Shown here one piece after another: positions 47,220 through 53,711 of a DNA stretch of 64,000 nucleotides. Within the stretch, counting starts at the first letter, position 1; every line of letters starts with the position of its first letter. Source of the DNA: Ktedonobacteria bacterium. Lineage in GTDB: Bacteria; Chloroflexota; Ktedonobacteria; Ktedonobacterales; JACDGC01. The notes under the pieces are model-generated. The model searched no databases. It saw nothing but the letters and a program-made list of their open reading frames with translations, and was not told the origin of the DNA. Both the position numbers and the translations under genes were made by a program. The stretch spans positions 2,538-66,537 of the forward strand of contig DAIDHM010000123.1 in NCBI GenBank assembly GCA_027459705.1. Direction: 5' to 3'.

Positions 47220-48239
47220 GTGTCGCAATCGCTTGTGGAGACGTTAGAGGGACGGCAGATTGGTCAATACCAGATCGTGCGTGAAATCGGACGGGGATCG
47301 ATGGGCGCGGTCTATAGTGCCTTTGTCATCAAAAATCCCCAGCAGACCGTCGCCATTAAGATCCTGCTGGAGGCACTCGCCACTGATCCGTCATTTATCA
47401 CGCGGTTCATGCGCGAAACCGAAGCGTTGCGCAAGATGCATCATCCCAATATTATCCGCGTTCTGGATCATGGACAAGACGAGTCCATGCTGTATTACGT
47501 CATGGAATATATTCAAGGGCGTACGGCAGGAGCAATTCTCAAGCAACAACAACGTATCACCGTCTCACAGTCGATCGAAATCGCCGCCCAGGTCGCCGAC
47601 GCGCTGGACTATGTCCATGCGACCGGTCAAGTAATCCACCGCGATATCAAGCCAGACAATATTATGGTCGATCGCTGGTATCATGTAAAAGTGCTGGATT
47701 TCGGCCTGGCGCGTATCGACGGTGCCTATACCATTACTCGCGTAGGTATGGTCGTGGGCAGCCTCTACTACGTGCCCCCCGAACACCTGCGCGGTGATAA
47801 AATTGATGGGCGCGCGGACATTTACGCCCTGGGGGTTAGCCTCTATGAGATGGTGACCGGTGAACGTCCATTCCGGGGGAAGAACCTGCAAGATATGACC
47901 CGCGCGATCAGTGCTGGCAACCCCATTCCTCCCAGCTTGCTGGAACCCTCCGTCCCCCCCGAACTCGAGCGCATCATTCTCCGCGCTCTGGCGCGTCGCC
48001 GCGAGGATCGCTATGCTCGCGCGAGTGAGATGCGCGATGATCTTCGGCGGTTGCAGCAACAAACCATCGATATCGCCGAGATCGATGTGCCCAAGACGCA
48101 ACCAATGCCCTCAGTGCCCAACAGTCATCCCGACGCACCGCCCCGCATGCCGCGTTTTTCGCGCGCGTCCGCACCTGGCAACACCCAGCACGATGCCCGA
48201 TTTCCTGCATCACCCTACGAAGATCATTGGAAAGGATAA
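47220..48239 (+). CDS. Soluble Ser/Thr protein kinase (Hanks type)
   Basis: GTG start. GRGSMGAVYSA...AIKIL, HRDIKPDNIM, DFGLA, YYVPPE. No TM segment; short Pro-rich tail. Confidence 0.9.
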   Translation: MSQSLVETLEGRQIGQYQIVREIGRGSMGAVYSAFVIKNPQQTVAIKILLEALATDPSFITRFMRETEALRKMHHPNIIRVLDHGQDESMLYYVMEYIQGRTAGAILKQQQRITVSQSIEIAAQVADALDYVHATGQVIHRDIKPDNIMVDRWYHVKVLDFGLARIDGAYTITRVGMVVGSLYYVPPEHLRGDKIDGRADIYALGVSLYEMVTGERPFRGKNLQDMTRAISAGNPIPPSLLEPSVPPELERIILRALARRREDRYARASEMRDDLRRLQQQTIDIAEIDVPKTQPMPSVPNSHPDAPPRMPRFSRASAPGNTQHDARFPASPYEDHWKG

Positions 48240-48248
48240 TGCCGTCTG

Positions 48249-48977
48249 ATGCCCGTAAGATATAATCCTGAACCGTTTCCTGGTCGTCTCTTCGTTGTCG
48301 AAGGGGTCGATGGATCTGGGAAGAGTACCCAGATCTCCCTGCTGAAGCAATGGCTGGTCAATGAAGGATATACCGTCTTTTTTAGCGAATGGAACTCTTC
48401 GCCACTCGTCAAAGAGACGACCAGTCGCGGCAAGAAAAAACATCTCCTCACCCCCACGACGTTTAGCCTCATTCATGCCACGGACTTCGCTGATCGCACC
48501 GAAAAGTGGATCATTCCGCCTCTCAAGGCCGGGGCGATTGTTCTGGCTGATCGCTATGTCTACACGGCCTTCGCGCGCGATGTGGCGCGTGGCATCGAAT
48601 CCGAGTGGGTCCGCAATCTGTATTCTTTCGCGGTCAAACCAACCGTCGCATTCTATTTTCGCGTCCCCCTCGATATTTCCTTGAAACGCATCCTGGGAGG
48701 TCGCGCGGAACTGAAATATTATGAAGCAGGCATGGATATGGGCCTCGCTAATACCCCGGAAGATAGTTTCCGGATCTTCCAGGGGCGCATTATGGAGCAA
48801 TACGACAGCATGGTGGAGGAGTGTGGGCTGACAGTGATGGACGCCATGCTCGCAATCCCAGAACAACAGAAAATCATGCGTGAATTGGTAAGACCCTATC
48901 TGGAGGGCTTGCACCACCAGCCACACCGCGAACGCAATATCCTCGTACAATCTTCCATCCAGGAGACTCAGGTATGA
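48249..48977 (+). CDS. Thymidylate-kinase-like P-loop protein, paralog 1
   Basis: P-loop FVVEGVDGSGKSTQ, DRY motif LADRYVYTAF. Starts 9 nt after the kinase stop. Confidence 0.8.
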   Translation: MPVRYNPEPFPGRLFVVEGVDGSGKSTQISLLKQWLVNEGYTVFFSEWNSSPLVKETTSRGKKKHLLTPTTFSLIHATDFADRTEKWIIPPLKAGAIVLADRYVYTAFARDVARGIESEWVRNLYSFAVKPTVAFYFRVPLDISLKRILGGRAELKYYEAGMDMGLANTPEDSFRIFQGRIMEQYDSMVEECGLTVMDAMLAIPEQQKIMRELVRPYLEGLHHQPHRERNILVQSSIQETQV

Positions 48978-49666
48978 CGAAGTCGATCTTTTACGGAACT
49001 TCAAATTTCGAGCTCGATCCAGATGAACTGGTACCAGGACGGCTCTTCGTCATCGAAGGTACGGATGGCGTCGGCCGATCTACCCAAATTACCTTGCTGC
49101 GGCCGTGGCTAGAGAGCATGGGCTTCGCCGTGGTCGATACCGGCCTGCGGCGTTCCCCGCTGGTTGGTAAGGGTATCGATGCGGCGAAAATTGGGCATAC
49201 CATGGGGCCATTGACGATGGACCTTTTCTATGCCACCGATTTCGCTGACCGCCTCGAAAACCTGATCCTCCCGGCATTGCGTGCTGGTTTCATCGTCCTC
49301 ACCGATCGCTATATCTACTCATTGATTGCCCGCGCGGTGGTCAGGGGTGCTGAACGCGACTGGATTGAGTCGGTGTATGGGCTGGCACTGGTGCCAGACG
49401 CGGTCTTTTATCTCAGCCTGGATGTGCCGACGCTGGTCCAACGAATTGTGCCGCGCGGTTTCGATTACTGGGAATCGGGTATGGATATGCGTCTCGGCGA
49501 GGATCTGTATGAAAGTTTCGTCGCCTACCAGACCCGTATATTGAAGCAATTCGATCGCATGGCGGCGCATTATCGATTTCAAAAAATCGACGCCAATCGA
49601 TCGATCCCCCAGGTCAACGGCGATCTTCAACGCCGGATTGCATCGCTCCTGCCGACTGGCGGTTAG
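48974..49666 (+). CDS. Thymidylate-kinase-like P-loop protein, paralog 2 (Walker A Lys replaced by Arg)
   Basis: FVIEGTDGVGRSTQ (Arg codon CGA at 49076-49078), LTDRYIYSLI. ATGA overlap with paralog 1. Confidence 0.8.
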   Translation: MTKSIFYGTSNFELDPDELVPGRLFVIEGTDGVGRSTQITLLRPWLESMGFAVVDTGLRRSPLVGKGIDAAKIGHTMGPLTMDLFYATDFADRLENLILPALRAGFIVLTDRYIYSLIARAVVRGAERDWIESVYGLALVPDAVFYLSLDVPTLVQRIVPRGFDYWESGMDMRLGEDLYESFVAYQTRILKQFDRMAAHYRFQKIDANRSIPQVNGDLQRRIASLLPTGG

Positions 49667-49678
49667 CACAGCGTATTC

Positions 49679-49732
49679 CCAACAACGAACAGACCCGTAG
49701 CCTGCTCAGGCGACGGGTCTGTTTGTTGTTGG
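49679..49732. terminator. 20-bp-stem hairpin between convergent operons
   Basis: CCAACAACGAACAGACCCGT-N14-ACGGGTCTGTTTGTTGTTGG (one G-U pair). Confidence 0.75.
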
Positions 49733-49737
49733 AAACC

Positions 49738-50601
49738 TTATAGGATGATTTCATCATCATCAAGTTCTGGCAGATCATCCGTTGGGGTATGGAGGAGGCC
49801 TTCCGCCTTGAGGATGAGCAGGAATTTGGGATTGTACGTGCGGTCGCAGGCACCACAGGAGACAGGGCGCGAATAGCGGCGTACACGGGGATATTCTTTG
49901 CCGCATTCCGGGCAGGCATAGAGATATTTGATCGGTCTTGAAGACCGCAATACTTTCTCACGGCGCGCGGTCTCGTCGCGCAATAACTGTCTGAGCACCT
50001 CAGGATCGCGTTCTGTCAGGGCGGCCTCATCCACCGCAATCGCGTCATAACCATGGCAGTGGTGACGACGTGGCCGACCCCGCACTCGATCAGAAAGATG
50101 AATGAGTTCATGCGCGATGGTGACTTCTCGGCCAAGCGCAAGAAGATCCGATTCGATGAAGATAAGATGACGGTGACGGCTGGTTGACAGGTGAGAGGGA
50201 CTGGATGGCGCGATGACATCAAATCCTGGCAAGGGCAGTTGCGCACCATTTGGCTCGATCGCATGCGGACTGGCGGTATTAGACATACTAACTTGCCCGC
50301 GACCATGTTCGGCTTCTGGGGTGCCAGGAAGATAACAATAGCATCCGAGAGCGAGTGGATTGAGGCGACGACCCGTCCAGCGCGCAAATTCACGACGATC
50401 CTGGGTGAGAGCAATGCGGCCGCGTTCCGCCTGATTGAGATTCAACTTCGCCCAGTAATGATCTAGCCAATAAAGAACGTCGGGATGTGCATGAAGAATA
50501 GGTAAGACATGCAGGGCTGGCGGTTCTATGACCAAAGAGGATTGCGGTTTCTTGGCAGTGTTCTGCATGCGATTGGTGCTCTGTGACCGGAACCGGGTCA
50601 C
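49738..50601 (-). CDS. SprT-like zinc metalloprotease-domain protein with a C-terminal zinc ribbon
   Basis: HExxH in TIAHELIHLSD. CPEC-x15-CGAC ribbon. Acidic tail DDLPELDDDEIIL. Confidence 0.65.
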   Translation of the reverse strand: MTRFRSQSTNRMQNTAKKPQSSLVIEPPALHVLPILHAHPDVLYWLDHYWAKLNLNQAERGRIALTQDRREFARWTGRRLNPLALGCYCYLPGTPEAEHGRGQVSMSNTASPHAIEPNGAQLPLPGFDVIAPSSPSHLSTSRHRHLIFIESDLLALGREVTIAHELIHLSDRVRGRPRRHHCHGYDAIAVDEAALTERDPEVLRQLLRDETARREKVLRSSRPIKYLYACPECGKEYPRVRRYSRPVSCGACDRTYNPKFLLILKAEGLLHTPTDDLPELDDDEIIL

Positions 50602-50908
50602 AAACTCACCATCCTCCCTTCTGACCTGTGGCGCACGATCCGCTGGCTCTCACGCGAAGCGCAGCACCAGAGCGCAGCAACGCCACATCTAGCGCCAGTA
50701 TAGCGAGGCATCTCGCTCGACGCAACAACGGTTCAGCACGCGATGACCTCAAATACCCACCTCTCTCTGAAAGGGTCTCCGTTCAGTATGTGTACAGGCC
50801 ATCGATGCTCTCATCATCATAAACGCGAGGGTGCATACTCGGTCATGACAATCCCCCATCCGTCTCATTTTACCTATTTTTATTGCCCCCAGGAGAGAAT
50901 GCCCCTAT

Positions 50909-51955
50909 TTGGCACGATGGCAGAAGCCGATGATGCACACCAGAACCATTCTTGCGAAAGCGAGGCATCGCCAAGTGACTGCGCAACATCTCACTTCCCA
51001 TTCCTGGACAGCCTACTGGGAAGAGCATGGACAACCGTGGCGTATCGAAGCCGAGATCGAACCAGCCCGTCAGCAACTACTCCGTAAGCATCTCCAAATT
51101 GTCGCGGATGTAACCAAGATGCGTTTTCCATTCTCAGAGGTCGCGCTCTGTCGGGCGGATATCGAGTGGATCCTGGCGAACTATTTCCCTGAATATACGT
51201 TTGCCCACCAGGACTCGGTCTCCCTTTCCAGCCTCCCGACCCAGCCGCTGATCCTGGATTTGCGAGGCGCTCATCTGGAAGGAATCAATCTGCGCGCCTT
51301 GCCTTTGCCAGGGGTCCGCGCGGGGCTGAGCGATGAAGAGGCGCGTCAACTACCTGCCGCGCAACGGCAGGCGGCTGCTGTGCATCTGGAGGGTAGTGAC
51401 CTTCGAGATGCGTTTCTCCTCGGTGCGCAACTCGCGGGCGCGCATCTGGAGCGCGCCAATCTGGAAAATGCCATTCTCATGCGTGCCAACCTCACCTATG
51501 CCTCATTACACGGCGCGAACCTGAGCCTGGCATTTTTGCAAGGCGCGAATTTGCAACACGCGCATCTTGAAGGCACCTTGGTTGCCATGGCCCATCTGGA
51601 TGATGCCAATCTCCTCGGTACGCACTTCGAAGGGAGCGACCTGCAGGAATTGGTGCAGGAAGTTCGCGCGATTGCCTCGCAAGAGCATGAAGATCAAAAG
51701 CACCATGTCACCCATGATGAGGTTTTGCACGAGTTGCGCGTTGCACTCAGTCACCGCTTGCAAGCAATTTCCGATGAGGCAGCGGAGATTACCGCGCGTA
51801 ATATCTTCCATTTCCAGGATCACCGGCAATATTGGGAAGAGATGCAATTTGCGGTCACCTTCGAGCGCCAGCGTCGCCAGGCTGGAAAAAGCGCATTTTC
51901 GTATGGCCAGATTGTCCAAATCTTACACAATGCCCTCCACGAGGAGGCAGCATAA
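50909..51955 (+). CDS. Pentapeptide-repeat protein
   Basis: TTG start with AGGAGA 12 nt upstream. Central run of A(D/N)LXX repeats (...GAHLERANLENAILMRANLTYASLHGANLSLAFLQGANLQHAHLEG...). Confidence 0.85.
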   Translation: MARWQKPMMHTRTILAKARHRQVTAQHLTSHSWTAYWEEHGQPWRIEAEIEPARQQLLRKHLQIVADVTKMRFPFSEVALCRADIEWILANYFPEYTFAHQDSVSLSSLPTQPLILDLRGAHLEGINLRALPLPGVRAGLSDEEARQLPAAQRQAAAVHLEGSDLRDAFLLGAQLAGAHLERANLENAILMRANLTYASLHGANLSLAFLQGANLQHAHLEGTLVAMAHLDDANLLGTHFEGSDLQELVQEVRAIASQEHEDQKHHVTHDEVLHELRVALSHRLQAISDEAAEITARNIFHFQDHRQYWEEMQFAVTFERQRRQAGKSAFSYGQIVQILHNALHEEAA

Positions 51956-52008
51956 GGGGACCAGGGCGCTTGACGCATCTGCCCACGCAGGTGTAGGCTG
52001 ATGGCGAC

Positions 52009-52959
52009 ATGCTCATCTTGCGTTTTCAAGAATGGGCCACGCGTTTTACCGCGATCATCATTACAGCATTCCCGCTGATGGTCCTGGGCGTCCTGGCCTT
52101 CGCGACAGTCGAATATTTCATCCCGCGCGAGCGCATTTTGGGTTGGGTGCCGCGACGTCGCTGGCTGGCGATCCCGGTGGCAGCACTGCTGGGGATACTG
52201 GTGCCGGTCTGCGATTGTGGGGTTGTCCCAACCACGCGGGCCTTCCTCCGCCAGGAGGTAGGCCTCGCGCCCGCGCTGGCATTCCTCATAGGCGCGCCTG
52301 TCATCAACCCGATTGTCCTGATCACGACTGCAGCTGGGTTTGGAGGCAACTATACCATCGCGTTCGCCCGGCTGGCCCTGACCTATGTGGTGGCGGTGGT
52401 GGTTGGCGGCCTGGCCCTGGTGGCCTTCGGAGACGCGCCGATCGATTCACTCCTCATCCCTCCCGCGCCACCGCCACCGATCTCACCCCGTCGTGTCAAA
52501 CGGCAACATCGCCATCAACAAGCGCATGTCGCCATACTGACGCTGCCGCCATTCGCCCGCATTGTCGCGCACATCGCGCGCGATGCTGGCGAAGAATTGT
52601 TAGACCTGGGCCGTTATCTGGTGGTGGGTGCGCTGGTGGCCTCCGCCGTGCAGACCTTTGTGCCGCAAGCGCCACTCATCTCGGTCAGCCAGGGAGTTCT
52701 GACGTCGACCATCTCACTGATGATTCTGGCGAGTATCCTCTCCGTCTGTTCGATCAGCGACGCGCCGATCGCGGCATCATTTCTGGGAGTCTTCGCGCCT
52801 GGCGCGATCTTCGCGTTCATGATCTTTGGCCAGATTATTGATCTTAAGAATACCGCGATGTTGTTGGCGACTTTCCGCCGCAATGTGGTCATCTTCCTGG
52901 CGGTGGCCAGCGCGCTCTGCGTTGTGGCGCTGGCGACATTGGTGAATATTGGGATATGA
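52009..52959 (+). CDS. Permease, UPF0718/ArsP-like family
   Basis: 8 or more TM, conserved LVPVCDCGVVP motif near TM3. Confidence 0.75.
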   Translation: MLILRFQEWATRFTAIIITAFPLMVLGVLAFATVEYFIPRERILGWVPRRRWLAIPVAALLGILVPVCDCGVVPTTRAFLRQEVGLAPALAFLIGAPVINPIVLITTAAGFGGNYTIAFARLALTYVVAVVVGGLALVAFGDAPIDSLLIPPAPPPPISPRRVKRQHRHQQAHVAILTLPPFARIVAHIARDAGEELLDLGRYLVVGALVASAVQTFVPQAPLISVSQGVLTSTISLMILASILSVCSISDAPIAASFLGVFAPGAIFAFMIFGQIIDLKNTAMLLATFRRNVVIFLAVASALCVVALATLVNIGI

Positions 52960-52969
52960 TTTGCAGCGC

Positions 52970-53371
52970 TCAGGGCTGGGGGGATTGCCAGCCGAATTGT
53001 TGAGCTTCCTGGCGAATGGTCTGCGCATCACGCAGATGGGTGATCTGCTGAGCCGTCTGCGTGAGCTGAAGCTGGAGCGAAGTATTCTGCTGGTGAATGC
53101 GCGCGGTTGTCTCATTGATGCTATGCGCGGCGAGAGCTTCACCCGCGGCGCCAAAGAGCAAGATGGTAGCGAAGGCCAACGTCAACGCGAGCATGGGACG
53201 CCGCGCCAGGCCAAGCGCCAGGCGGCCCGCGCCGCGCCAATGACGCACCCGTAAGGAGGATTGCGCGGAAAGAGGTCGGCTACTGCGCCGGGGTTGCGCG
53301 AGCGTGCGGCGTAAGGCTGTATCTCGCGCAACCGGCACATAATGATGGAGTGCAGCGGGTCCATTCCGCAT
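52970..53371 (-). CDS. Putative FtsL/DivIC-like bitopic coiled-coil protein
   Basis: Arg-rich N-terminus, one TM (MLALTLAFATILLFGAAG), then a Gln/Leu-rich coiled coil (IHQQNTSLQLQLTQTAQQITHLRDAQTIRQEA). GGAAGG lies 9 nt before ATG 53371. The plus-strand ORF 52949..53254 is antisense to it. Confidence 0.4.
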   Translation of the reverse strand: MRNGPAALHHYVPVARDTALRRTLAQPRRSSRPLSAQSSLRVRHWRGAGRLALGLARRPMLALTLAFATILLFGAAGEALAAHSINETTARIHQQNTSLQLQLTQTAQQITHLRDAQTIRQEAQQFGWQSPQP

Positions 53372-53654
53372 GACCAGAATCCTTCCTTGTGAGGCATGTA
53401 GTCGTCAACCGGCGTCCCAACCCTGTCCACGACCCGCCATCCTGAGGATCCCATCCCTGGTATCGACGGCGGGTGGTGCATCCTACTCCCCCTGTACCAG
53501 GCCCACGCTTCCTGCGTATCCCGGCTGCCGTGACACACAGCACTATCGCATGACGTATGCCAAAACTGATCAGCGGCGGTAGTGCTGAAATCAGACTTAG
53601 CGTTGATTCGCGCTTAATAGCCGCCATGTGGTGACATAACCAGGTTCTCGGCGG

Positions 53655-53708
53655 CAGAGCAGTGATGCGGTATGATGGCTCATATTGCATCACTGCTCTG
53701 TGATTTTT
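53655..53708. terminator. 14-bp perfect hairpin just downstream of the Lon-like gene
   Basis: CAGAGCAGTGATGC-N18-GCATCACTGCTCTG. The T-tract (TGATTTTT) lies on the plus-strand side, and an A-tract precedes the hairpin on the minus-strand reading. Confidence 0.5.
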
Positions 53709-53711
53709 CGT

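Noticed and set aside
52032-52841. 269-aa alternative-frame plus-strand ORF inside the permease gene.
   Set aside because: Its Pro/Arg/Gly-rich product is implausible. The overlapping frame 52009..52959 encodes a coherent multi-TM permease with the VCDCG motif.
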